From: Euglena gracilis
Taxonomy: Eukaryota
DNA: 64,000 nucleotides
Direction: 5' to 3'
Assembly: GCA_039621445.1 (NCBI GenBank)
Contig: CP154954.1
Location: 17,948,589 to 18,012,588, forward strand
A program made the position numbers and the translations under genes. The notes beneath the pieces were generated by a model, which was given only the letters and a program-made list of their open reading frames with translations, searched no databases and was not told the DNA's origin. Below, piece after piece: positions 41,701 through 53,300 of this stretch (positions within the stretch are counted from its first letter, which is position 1; each line of letters begins with the position of its first letter).

Positions 41701-44700
41701 GCCCGGAAAGGTACGGAGGCCACAGAAGAAAGCACACCATTGAAATGGCCCAGGAGTGAAACGATGTTGTGTCCAGTACTGCTGTCTTGTGCATATTGTA
41801 ATATGAAACTGAAAGAGAGAGAGAGGCGCAAAGACTTGCAAAAACACGTTTTGATTTCATATTCTTTCAGCTCCACAACTGACAAATGTCAAGCCCACAA
41901 TTTTTTTTGAAATTTTGAGTGAAACTTGCACATTATCGGTTTTCATTGCCTTCAGGCAAGGAAAGCAAGAAGCTGACTGACAATTTTATTCCCATCAGTG
42001 ACGCCATCATTGAGGTGTGCATATTTACACGCGCGCACGCATGCACACACATACACACATACAGGAACTTCATCGAAGAAAAATCATTTTTTTGAATACC
42101 AGGCTTCACGCAAGTGATAACCCCCGGATAATGGACATACAAATCATTCTGTTCACTTATTCTTCTTCCTCTTCCTGTTCTTAAACCCCTCCAGAAAGAG
42201 AATAGAGAATGAAGTTTGAAGTGAGGTCGCTACCAGATGGTCCTCCCTCCCACCACCAACCATCATACTATTGTAACTCGACTGTGCAGAGGTGGAGGTC
42301 GTATCCTCTGTTAGCTTTGAAGAGGGCACATGTTGATTTTCTCGCAATCATTACAGGGGGGGAAAATTGATATCCGCAATTTTTCCGCAATTTCCGCAAT
42401 TTTCCGCAATTTCCGCAATTTTCCGCAATTTTCCGCAATTTTTCCGCAATTTCCGCAATTTTTCCGCAATTTTTCACCATTTTTTTGAAGAATTTTTTCC
42501 CCACCACCGAAGATGGAAGATGCAATGAGTTCAAGCCATTCTTCAAATGGATCAACAGGTGTGCTATTGTGTTTTGTTGTCCCCCCCCCAGTTTACCAAT
42601 TTTTCTCACAGGTGCACCACTGGTCACAGGATTGGGTGCGTCCCACCTGTGCAAAGAACATCAAGCGTGTTGATTTGTGCTCGCCTGCATCGACGTGGGT
42701 GTTGCGGTGTTCTGAACCTCACAATTGAAAATTTCTAAGTCCCCCCAAGCAGAAATGTGTATACCCGATATCAATTTTTCCGCAATTTTTCCGCAATTTT
42801 CGCAATTTTTCCGCAATTTTTCCGCAATTTTTCCGAAGGCCTCCGATATCAATCCCCCCCCCCTGAATGATTCTCAAGGGCTTGCACTCGGCTGGAAAGG
42901 AGCTCACCTCTGTGGCCTGTGGAGAAGCACCCTGTCACCCCACCCCTCGCTCAGCAACTGCGGACTCAAATCCAGCTCACCGACTCCTTCCCGATGGCGT
43001 GCGTCCACCGACGGGAGCGGAACGTCGGGGCATACAAGAAGAAGCTGTTCTGGCTGTCCGAGACAGCGAGCAGGTGCCCGGTGGGGGGGGGCAGGTTCTT
43101 GTGAAGGGTGTCATGTTGGGGCAGTCTTCTGCTTAAGGATTGGGGGGAGGGCTGCTATCAAAACCCAGCTAATTAAACATCCTTCGACCTCCTGTAATAT
43201 GCCAAAGATGCTGATTTTTGACATTTTTATGGTTTCTGGGACTCAAATTCGGAAAAAAAATGAATCTGGTAAAAATCTCATTTTTTTCATTTCCACAATT
43301 GTGCGAAGCATGGAGGATGTTTTCCTCCAGTTGGGGGGACCCAGCAGGGGGGGGAATATGCACTGTGCAGTTTTTGCAGTTTTTTGAAGTTTTTACATTT
43401 TGGTTTTTTTTGCAGTTTTTTGCAGTTTTTGCAGTTTTTTTGCAGTTTTTTTTTGCAGTTTTTTTTGCAGTTTTTTTTTCCCTCAAAAATGCACATGTGC
43501 ATTTTTTTTTGCAGTTTTCAGGTTTTGGTTGGCCCCATTTTGGTTGAAACTACAAGGGAAGTTTGCTGACCACGTCGCTTTTTTTTTCTCAACATTCCTG
43601 AACTTCAGCTGAGGTGGAGCGGTCCTTCAGTCTGGCTGGCTGCATTGACACAAAATTGCGCCATGCCTTGCCTGATGAGACACGCAAATTATCCACCATG
43701 CTCATGTTCAATGGCGACATTGAGGGCCGATTCCGTTAAGGACCCTTTGCTGTTTGTTTCTTTCATGTTTCCAGCTGTGCCGTGCCCTTTCTGATTCGGA
43801 ACGTCCTTTATGGCATTAGATAGGCCCTTTTGTGCAAATGGAACATCAATGGTCTCATCCTTAGTAATTAGCCTGACTCGTTGCACGATGGCTTCCTCAA
43901 ATGGGTTTTTTCTTGTGACGTGCAGTTTTTTTTGCAGTTTTTTGCAGTTTTTTTTGCAGTTTTTTTTTGCAGTTTTTTGCAGTGCAGTTTTTGACCTGCC
44001 CGTGTGCAGTTTTTGCCCCCCCCCCTGGGGACCCAGAACCCCGGGAGGGAGGGGGTCTTTCTACCTCGTGGCTTTTACGTAACCTCCCACACCCCGGGGC
44101 CTCAAACAAAGGCCTTGATGGGGGGCACCCCCCCCCCCCTGCTTCCTCACGCTGCTGGCAGTGCCGACCATCTGCATCCTCAAGTGGTTGGAGCTACACA
44201 GAAGCAGTTTTTTTTGTTGCACTGGAGCTAGGTTTTGTGGTGCTGGTCGACCCAGGGCTGGGGTTTGCTGCCGTTCCTGTGCCCTTCCAGGGTGCTGCGC
44301 TGCATGAACCGGCGGGGCAAGTTCGAGGTCGTCAATGCTGGGCTGCGAGTCTTCGAGGAGCTCACCATCAAAGGCAAAGCGGTGTGGCTGCTTTCATGGT
44401 TCAGAGGGGTCAGTTTGGGTTTTTCGGATTGGGGCATTTTTACCCCATCCTCGCCAGCCAGGCACTGCCAATCAGGGTGCCGCCATCCCAGTCAGCCTCC
44501 TCTCTCCAGCACTGGACCCCCCCATCCACAAGTTTTGTTTGTTTTCCAGCAGCCCAAAGGGCGGCTGGACAGCATCGGATTTTTTTTTGCTTTTTTGCCA
44601 ATGCTGGGTAAAAATCGGTTTGAAGAGCGCCGGGACGGCAAACTTTGGGTCGAAAATGAATGAATATTGCGTGATTGGCAGTTTTCTGGGCATTTTTTTT

Positions 44701-45833
44701 GCAGTTTCGATTCTTCGGTTCGACCCTGGGTCAGGCCCAGGTCCAGCCGGGGAACCCCCATGGGGTGCCCCAGTGCCCCAGGTGGGGGGTTTTCAAGCCA
44801 GCCCAACCAGGCTTCTGCTTAAGGGATTGCAGTACCCCCGGGGGAGGGGCTGGACTGCAGCTAGTCCAAATTTGGCTAGTGGGATTTCTAGCAGACCCCC
44901 CCTGGGGGGGGTGCTCTGCTAGCAGGGCTAGCAAGTGGAAATTTTTTTGGGGACCCCCAAAAATGGCCTAAAATGCCCATTTTTGGCCATTTTTGGGAAT
45001 TTTTGGAACAAAATCAGCCAAAAACCTATTAAAAACCTCATTTCCACCTCGGTGCGCAGCGCCGGAGGAAATTTTTTTTTTTCCAGTTCGGGGGACCCCC
45101 GGACCCCCCCCCCCCCCCCGGGGGGGGGGGGGGGGGGCTAACTAGTCCATTTTTTCCAGTGTCTAGGTGTCTAGCCGATTGGCTAGCCAGTACCCCCCCC
45201 CCCCCGCCCCGGGTCCTTAAGCAGAAGCCTGAGCCCAACCTTTTTCCAACCCCAGAACCGGGCCTCCCTCCCCCCGGTGGTCGCCAAGCGGCCCGGCCTA
45301 CCAATGGTTTCCGTCCGAACCTTCAGGAACGTTGAACTGAGGGAACGTTGAACGTTTGCTGAAGGAGTGTTGCAACCATTGCACCCGCCCACCATTCCGT
45401 TACCTCGGCATGCTCATTGGTAGGCCCCGTTGTGTTTGTCGGGTGGTTCCTCCCGGGAAGGCTCGTACCGTCACCAGCCCCCCCGCCCCCCCCCCCCCCG
45501 GCTGTTTGAGTCAATTTGCCCCCACATATATAACACACACTTTTTTTGACTCCCCTGGAGGCCACCCCTCCCCTGGCCATGCCCTCCTGCCACTGCCTCT
45601 CGACTGGTGCTCGGACTGTGCCGCGCCCGCCCTCCCCCGGCCCAGGACCACTGGCGGCTGGCGCACGAGGGGCTGTCGGTGGTCCGCCCGCACCTGCCGG
45701 CGTACCGGACGTTGCCCGTGGCCCGCGGGGACGCGGTCGCCCTCATCCGCAGCAAGGAGGGCAAGCTGCCGGTGTGAAATTTGCTTTCTTTGTGTGCGGT
45801 ACATGGGCACTTTTTTGTTTCCACGGGCTGTTA

Positions 45834-45883
<50 letters not shown>

Positions 45884-48303
45884 CGGGTGGGTGGGTGATG
45901 GGGGCCATTTTTGGTGGGTTTTTGCGACAAAATGACCCTGCTGCAAAAAAAGAACCCCAAAATCCCCCTTCAATGGAAATTTTCGTTCTGGTCACAATGC
46001 AATGTTTTTCGTCAAAGTTGCTCCCTTGAGCGATGCTTCCGATAAGGGTGTGGCGTGGCAGACAAGAAGACACCTTTTGAGGAAATGGCGGGGTGGGGGT
46101 ACTTATTACGCATTGGGGTCAATAACCTGCAGGCTTATTATTTGGACGTTGGGGATCGACGATGCTCGCTTCCCCATTCAGGTTGTGGACCTGCAGCCTG
46201 ACACACAGGCAGCTATTGTCCGCTTGCTGTTGCGGCTGAGCCCCATGGCCCTTCATGTTATGCATAAAGTTTCACTGGTTGAGCCTTTTGGCCTTTCTCC
46301 ATTTGGACCCAAAATTCGAAAGCTTCGTGCTTGTCCTGCTTGCACTTCTCCTTCAGTCCTGGGATGCTGTCACGCAAGGTGAGGCACCAGATGAGGCAGT
46401 CGAGTAGAGATTTTCTTTGGAGTGGGGTTGCCACCAATAATATTAATTTTTTTCCAAGGGGACAAGGGAGAGAATTATTGAGGTCGTTTGTCCCTTATGG
46501 TGTTACACTCATAAAAGTGGATTGCATTTCATTCCGGAAGTTCTTATCGTGTGGAGATCCTGTTTTGCGGTACTCAATTTCGCTCGCAAACCGGCGAACA
46601 AAAAGATTCCTCGGAACAGATTAGGAACTCCCAACCTAATCTGGTTCAAAAGTAAACTTTTGCTGCGGAGTTTGATTGGTGGCGAAATTACATTTTCACG
46701 GGATAAGAGACTCCGGAATTTTAGGGCGGCCAAGAAAACATACTATTTCAAAGTTTATATTTCTGTATTTATTGTTCAATATTCACAATGTAAATCATAA
46801 TGAGTTAACGTTTAATGCAGATATGTGTATATTGTAATACGAATTTATTTTGCCTTCAGTCTTTGGTCAGTCGTGCAGGAGGTCCTATTTTCAGGAGTAC
46901 CTTTTTTTCATCGGCAGTCCCTGGTGCAACCCCAGCCCCCCCCCCTCCCCCGGGGAAACTGCCACCTGACAGGTTGGCCAGTACTGGGAACCTGACAACT
47001 TCCTATATATACTATATATACAGGTTGGCCGGTACCAGGGACCCTGACAGTTTCCCGGGTGGGCATTTCAAGAGAAAGTCAGTGAAAAATGACCCTGAGG
47101 TACCTGGGACCCTGTTTGGCCAGTACATGGGACCCTGACAGTTTCCTGGGCGAGACCCTGACAGGTTCTCGGGCAAGACAGTTTCCCACTGGGGTTGGTA
47201 CCTGAGTCCCAGCCGCCTCCCAGAACAAGGTGGTGGGCCGTGCGTCCTGCAGTGTGACGACGCCAGTCCAGCCCTCAGTACGGGGCTGCAGCTGTCGGGC
47301 TACTGTGGCGGCACGCAGCGCTGTGTGGGGAGGGATTCTGCCGGGGATGAATGTTATATTCTATAATTCATTCTGAACCATAATTACTAAATTTATGTGT
47401 TAGGAATTGTTGTCTCAAGTGCATTACCTGATCCCCCCTTTTCATTCCTATATCAGCAACACATTTTTGGAACATTTACCCGCAGTTTTGCATTGAAGTA
47501 TTGTGATGTTGACGCAGCGTGTCGCTGACCCCCCCCCCCATGCAGTGGTTCATAAATGAACCACTACATGGGGGGAGTCAGTTTATGGACAAGGGGAGGG
47601 GCAGGTTCTTTAACCCCCCCCCTAATAGAAGCATGGATGCGCTTATAGGGGACCGCCGCCTCCGGCGGCGGGGGGTGCGCTTCTATTTGGACCCTACCTG
47701 CGCGGTTTTCGTTGATTTCCTTTAGAAATCCCATCAAAATGGGGGGTGCGCTTCGGCAGCGGGGGGGGTGCACTTTTATTTTATTTTATTTATTTTGGAC
47801 CCTGCGCTTGTAGCAGCCCCGTGCTTCTATTAGGGGGGGTTTAGGAGTTGTCATTGCCAATTCGATTATGGATTGTGGGTTGTGGTGGTGAACAATTCAT
47901 TCTTCTTGTCAAGTCGTCAGTTGAACTTTCCGATCCCGGTCAAACCCATTTACTAGCTGAACACAAGGCCCTGTCCCCGCCATGCTGATGCTGTACCTGA
48001 ACAAAGTGGACAGCGGCAACGTACTGTACCGCATGGGGGTCACCGAGGTGCGTAAACCCATGAAAGAAGCCCCCCGGGCTTCTATTCGGACCGTTGGTCG
48101 AAAACCGAGGAGGGGAGCTTCTTTTCGGGGGAGGTTTACACGTGCGGGTGTTTGTGCATCATCCGGGTCTCGAACGGGGCACGCCACTGTGCCTCTGCAG
48201 TCGGGTCGTCTTCCCAACTCAGGAGCCAACCACCGATGGGCCCACAGAGGGGAACGATGTGACAGAAGTGGCGGAGGTCGACCCAAAGGTGGACGATGCC
48301 TGA
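26612..48303 (+). CDS. NSUN2: tRNA (cytosine-5)-methyltransferase, NSUN2/Trm4 family, spliced (>20 exons)
   Basis: Exons 26612-26716 (MGKRKWKK), 29390-29502, 29903-29995, 30698-30743, 31517-31570, ~32121-32241, ~33442-33485, 33594-33644, 33879-33930, 34356-34459, 35223-35307, 35854-35939, 36360-36477, 36769-36877, 38705-38876, ~41567-41710, 42955-43073, 44291-44381, 45646-45771, ~46182-46217, ~47211-47312, 47979-48047 and 48223-48303 (TGA). Motifs: [74 protein letters not shown]. One or more exons between 38876 and 42955 are unresolved. Confidence 0.93.
31571..32120 (+). other. nonconventional intron
   Basis: T|GCGCGAAGCCTCCC...GGGGGGTGTCGGGGCC|A. Joins WYP to (S)AGVAW; the 3' end could instead be 32123. 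Confidence 0.7.
32242..33441 (+). other. nonconventional intron
   Basis: Perfect 10-bp stem CAGCGCTGAC (32245-32254) / GTCAGCGCTG (33427-33436). Restores [10 protein letters not shown]; the junction can slide 1-2 nt. Confidence 0.85.
33931..34355 (+). other. nonconventional intron
   Basis: AACCAGACCTTGGGCC...GGCCCAGCCTGCCGGC; restores TGCVVAND. Confidence 0.75.
34460..35222 (+). other. nonconventional intron
   Basis: GCCCAGCCCCTCCCCC...GGGGGGGGGCTGTTGA; restores the conserved VNHDA. Confidence 0.85.
38378..38692. repeat. (CACAC)n/(CACCG)n pentamer microsatellite
   Basis: Directly visible; ends ~12 nt before the splice acceptor at 38704. Confidence 0.95.
41130..41470. repeat. CATATG/CATA-rich low-complexity repeat
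   Basis: Directly visible. Confidence 0.85.
42354..42865. mobile_element. MITE with CCGCAATTT subterminal tandem repeats
   Basis: CAGGGGGGG..ATTGATATC / GATATCAAT..CCCCCCCTG TIR; flanks AATCATTA / AATGATTC (6/8). Confidence 0.75.
43345..44027. mobile_element. MITE with TGCAGTTTTT subterminal repeats
   Basis: CAGGGGGGGG / CCCCCCCCTG ends; GGACCCAG is duplicated in both flanks with a 1-nt offset. Confidence 0.7.
44808..45231. mobile_element. hAT-like MITE with 8-bp TSD
   Basis: TIR CAGGCTTCTGCTTAAGG / CCTTAAGCAGAAGCCTG; perfect TSD AGCCCAAC. Related copies start at ~14848 and 59935, with a reversed end at ~11542. Confidence 0.9.
47313..47978 (+). other. nonconventional intron
   Basis: C|ACGCAGCGCTGTGT...ACACAAGGCCCTGTCCCC|G. 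CAG/CTG consensus; joins in frame. Confidence 0.75.
47610..47843. mobile_element. TA-ended MITE (Tc1/mariner-type)
   Basis: TAACCCCCCCCCTAATAGAAGCA / [25 protein letters not shown]. Reversed homolog at ~53018-53183; related element at 48052-48139. Confidence 0.7.
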
Positions 48304-48707
48304 CTGTTTCCCTGCGCCGCCCCCTCAACGACCCACTGACTGGTGACGGACTGGTCCTGAGGTCGGCCTCCAGTTGCAAGCCGGCAAATGTGAGGCTCAA
48401 ACACAGGACATGCGATGTGTCACGTTGCCACATTGTTAAGCTGCCATTTTGACGCCAAGCTGTGAAAATTTGCCAGATTTGGTGCTCAACAAAAAAAATA
48501 GTCGAAAAAATTAAAATATCAGTTTAATAAAATTTCTGAAATTTTCTTTTGATCAACTTTTGCAGTTTTGCCTGGTGGATTTACCCTCATCAGTTGAATC
48601 TCACCCATGAAGTTTTTTGTGTTCAACGATTGAACAAACCTCTCAGCAGCCTTTCCAGAAACAATCTCTCCGGTACTGCGACAAAACATTTATCCATACA
48701 AGGGCCA

Positions 48708-48746
48708 AATATATACATATATATGTATATATATATATATATATAT

Positions 48747-48793
<47 letters not shown>

Positions 48794-48839
48794 GGATATA
48801 TACATATATATGTATATATATATATATATGTATATGTAT
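48708..48839. repeat. (TA)n microsatellite
   Basis: Directly visible, between NSUN2 and PLD. Confidence 0.95.
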
Positions 48840-50305
48840 TTTGTGCTTTGCACACCATGACAAAACGTGGGTTTTGGGCCTTTTGGGAAATCCCAGGAAG
48901 AATCCTGCAAACCCCACGGGTGGTGGGTGTGTGCGAGGTGCAGAGAAATCTTTTTTTTCGTGATCCGGGGGGGGGGAGGGGGTGGAGGTGGGTGGGTGGG
49001 TCCAGGCCGAGCCCCCCCAGGGAGTGGCGGTTGGGCTGAGTGGGAAGGGTACCCCTCCAGACTCTCGAGGCGGGTTTCCCTCTATTTTCGGCGCAAAGCG
49101 CCGACGATTTTTTTCTTTGGATCCCAAAATTGACCCCACAAAAGTGGGTCCCCCGAGCCCTGTCCGACTCCCCTGACTCAGCGTGTTCCAAATGGTTCAA
49201 TAAAAAGCCCAAGCTTTTTATATATCGGCGCGAGCGATGGAATCACGGTCAAGGAGCTTAACATTCCGCTGGCATGTGGGGCAAATCCGAAAAGAAGTTC
49301 AACCGGGTGAAGGATGTGGTGGACCCCATCCCCCGATGGAGAAACCCGACAACAAAATAGCACAGCGGCCAAGGAGGCAATTTGTGGCCCGGCAGGAAGC
49401 GGGGAGGAGATTACGGACCCTGTTCGGGCCGTATGGAAAGGCTTGGCGAGGGAACCCGGTCACCATTGTCCTGATTGGGTTGCTTCTTCCAGTCCCATGT
49501 CCCCATGATGTGAATGACCCTCAACTCCAGCCGCTGCCATGGCCTCAGGTGCGCCGCCCCAGACGCTGGGGCAATGGAGCAGCCATGAAGCAGCGTGTTT
49601 CATATTGATTCATATTCATATGATTGGGGGGTCATCGTATGTCAATGGGTTTCAAACACAGTCATATGTCATCAGATCTGGCGTTCCCAGCCTGGTTTCT
49701 TTGCGCCACCTTGTCTGTACCCAGGCTTTCCACCTCCGGCACCAGACGTGATGTTCAGACCGGAGGTATCCTAGAACCCTGCCTGCATATGGGTTTGCGA
49801 CCTTTGATTTGTCTTTCACAAATGCTTTGCAAATTCTGCAATCTGTTCATTTTGGTCAAAAGGAGGAACACAGGCATTCAGGCATTTGATTTTTCCAGCT
49901 GGTTTTTTAATGGTCATTTTTGTGCATTTTTGATCTTTTTTATATTTCTGTTTTTGTTCTGCTGGGAAAAAAAATGTAAAATATTACGTATTTTAATTTA
50001 TTACTTCCCCCTGTGACCGAGTGTTTTGTTAAACTTTTGCAGGTTTTTTTCGAATTCTTTGTACAGAAGATTGAATGTTCTTGGATTCAGCATTTTCCAA
50101 AAATTTGAATCATTATTTTCACATTTGTTGTGGTTTTTTTGTGTGATGTATGAGGGTTGATGTTTGATGTTGATGTTCTCCCCTGACGAGGCCTGAAGAA
50201 GGCCTCGGGCTGGAACCCCAAGAAGCCTCTCCAAGCATCTTTCATAATCATTGTTTTAAGCAACGCAGAAAAGGCAGTTGCAGTCTGAAATGAGACCCTT
50301 CGATC

Positions 50306-53300
50306 ATGGAGATCCTCAACGAGCTCACCCCAAAGCTTTTGGTGGGCCGGCAGCCACCGAAGCCCGGATTATTTGCCCCCCCCCCATGCACCAGATTTGC
50401 ATTTTTTGTCTCATTTTTGGGCAGTGCCTGGCTCTGTGCCGTCCAAACTGCAATGCTTCCAGGACCTGAGGCCTTTCCTCAAACCTTCAAGGTTTCCTTG
50501 CCAAATGGGTTGGGTTTTGGGTTGATAAGCGGATGTGGATGACAGACGGGTGGGTGGGTGGGTTTGCAAAGAAAAAGTCGGTAGGTTGGTTAGGTGCTTG
50601 TGCTGCCGGATCGCTCCTCACATCCCTACCCACACATGTGGCGAAAAATCCGGGTGAGGCTGGGGGTGGTAGGATGGGGGGGTACTTAGGAGTTGGGACA
50701 TTCCTAATTAGAGGCGAGGGTGTTGGTTTGGGTTAATGTTTGGTATAGGGTTGTGGTTAGGATTAGGGTCAGGGTTAGGATTAGGGTCGGAGATAGGTGT
50801 AGGATCTTGGAGGGGGGTGGTGGGGGGTTGGGGGGGGGTAGGGGTCCCGGGCTCGTACCAGGTCTCCCCACCCGCATGTCCCACCGCTGGGTTCCCGGAT
50901 CCCCTGACCCCCGCAGGCCCCGGGGGGCATCTTCCTGCACGGGACGCTCCACGTGGTGGTCCATGAGGCCCGGGACCTGCCCAACGTGGACAAGCTGTGC
51001 TTCGCCGGGAAGACGGACGCCTACGTCCGCCTGTTGGTCGACGGCCGGAAAGGTGTGGGAAACAGAAAGGGGCGTTTCGTGCTCCAGAGTTTTCACTGGT
51101 GTCTGTGTGGTGCTGCCACTGTTGCTGCTGATGGGGGTGGGTGCATTCGAACTCCGAGATTGGGGGGTCAGGGGCACGTCAGGGGTACACATTGTCTTCA
51201 AAGAACACTGGATTCACACTGGATTCACATTGTCTTCAAAGAAATGAGAACACCATCTCAAAATCGAAAGTGTATATTACGGTCCTGATTCATCGGTCTG
51301 GGGATTGCACAGCAGCTGCAAACTCCTTATGAGATGGTTTGTTCCGTCAGGTTTCTTCTGTAGTAACCCCGGAATGAGTCTTGGAAGTGTCGCCAAACCG
51401 CAAGAAAAAATGTGTATTCCTTTTGTAGGAGAAGGGACTTCGTAATGTTTGGATGCAGGTTGCAACAGTTTGTGTGCTTGTCACCGCCCCATCCCGGACA
51501 ATAATCCCCCCCCCAATTATACATTTTGTCAGGGAAAGAAAGAAATGTGATCTTGATGTTTCTGCTCAGCCTTCACATCTCAAGCCTCTGCTCTTTGAAA
51601 CGTATTCATCCTGACTCCACACAAAGCACTGAAATGGGGTGACTCTTACCACACGGAAGAACTCAAGGTTGTACTGTTGTACTTCTTCTAGGTCGGATTT
51701 TTTTTTCAGAGAAAAGGATCAGCCTTCACAGAAGAAAGGTGAACATAACACCCAGCATGTGTGTTTGGGAAACTTCCAATGGCTGCCTCATCAACGTAGG
51801 ATGTTGCTGGAAAGATTTGGAGAAGCAAAGGGGTGGTGGACCTGTCACCCCACCTCCAAAAAGCCACCTGGCACTGGCAGTTGTCACCCAGGAAATAAAG
51901 GGTCAGGACAATAGATTCCCTTGGTCACCCCAGGCCCAAACCCACCCACCCAAATTTTTCAAAAACCCGCCCACCCACGACCCCCCGGGGGTGGTACCCA
52001 ATGTTGCACAGCCAGAGATGCGCTTGCGATCATTGGATCGGCCAAAATGAAAGTCAAAATTTGTGGTAATTTTTGGTCCTGTTTTGGTTTGAGAAGCATG
52101 GCCACTGGTCCTAACATGGATTCAATTGACACCTGAGCCCCCCCCCCCCCGGGTGGGTGGGCTTTCGAATATGGTTCATGAAAATGAACAAAAAAAAAGG
52201 AGGGACAGAGCGTCACAGGCAGTTCAAAAACCTGGACCCCAACCCTTGAGTTAAAAAAAACTTTGTGTCTGTGTTTGCACATGCACACACCTGCACAAAA
52301 CACAAAATGCTCCGTTACGCTGCCCAAGCCTCTGAGACTCTGTCCTGGGTCCTGTTGCCCACCACACCAGGGGGGGGGTATGAGTCCAGGCAAGAAAGCT
52401 TGCGGCCAAATGTGAGATACGGTCGGTCTTCCAAGTGAAGAATCGGCTTCAGTTGGAGCTGGAGATGCTAAAGAAGTTCCGTCCCACACAGTTGACCAAA
52501 AGTTTTGGGCGATGACAGGTCGCACTGGGGAGTTCATTTCCCCAGTGTAGGTGTCACCACTTAAGTGGCAAACCGCATAGCATCCTAATTGTATTTATTT
52601 GGGGTTTGGGAGCTGGGTATTTTCGTTTTCACAAAAATTGTCCAAGTGCGTAAACAAAGGAGAAATGTTCTGCAAGTGCAAGTGCAAGTTGCTCCGTCTG
52701 AGAGGCTCCACCCACAGTGTCTCATGTTTTCCAGGCAACACCAAATGATGGCTGCAGAACTGGTGAACGTTGCTAAGGCAGCCAAAGTGCGAAATCTTTC
52801 GACAAAATGGCCCAAAAAGCAGATGGTAAAAAACTGGTTTCAAGGGGGTTTCAGGTTCGCCTGAATTATTATCGCCCAAAACTCCAGAAAAGGTCGAAGA
52901 TGATAAGAATCGGGGGTTTGAGGGTTTTTTTTTGTCTGATACGGGACTCTTCTGCCGACCTCCTTTGGGTCCCCATCCACCCCAGGGGGAGGCCCAGTTT
53001 GTCCTGCACCAAATTGGGTAAACCCGCCCCCCCCCCCCTAATAGAAACGCGGGGTCTGCTGCTGAATTTGAAAGGATACCAACAGAAATTGGACAGGAAA
53101 GGTCCAAATAAAAGCGCACTCCCCGCCGCCAGAGGCAGTCCGCCATAAGCACACCCGCGCTTCTATTGGGGAGGGAAGTTTACTCTTAAAAAAAAAAAAA
53201 ACCAGATTTTAAAACATCCAGTTTTTAACGTAAGATTAAGCCATCCAGATTTTAAAATGGTTTTCCAGTCGGGGTGGTGTCCATGCCTGCTCGGGGGCCC

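Noticed and set aside
42612-42665. Candidate NSUN2 exon ([15 protein letters not shown])
   Set aside because: It lies inside MITE 42354-42865 and has no convincing donor or motif match.
46203-47212. Additional nonconventional intron in NSUN2
   Set aside because: It is probably non-GT-AG, but I could not fix a junction that satisfies both frame and register, so it was not called.
49493-49548. AG/GT-bounded segment as the first PLD exon
   Set aside because: It has no recognisable homology or resolved upstream start; it cannot be excluded as a UTR or alternative exon.
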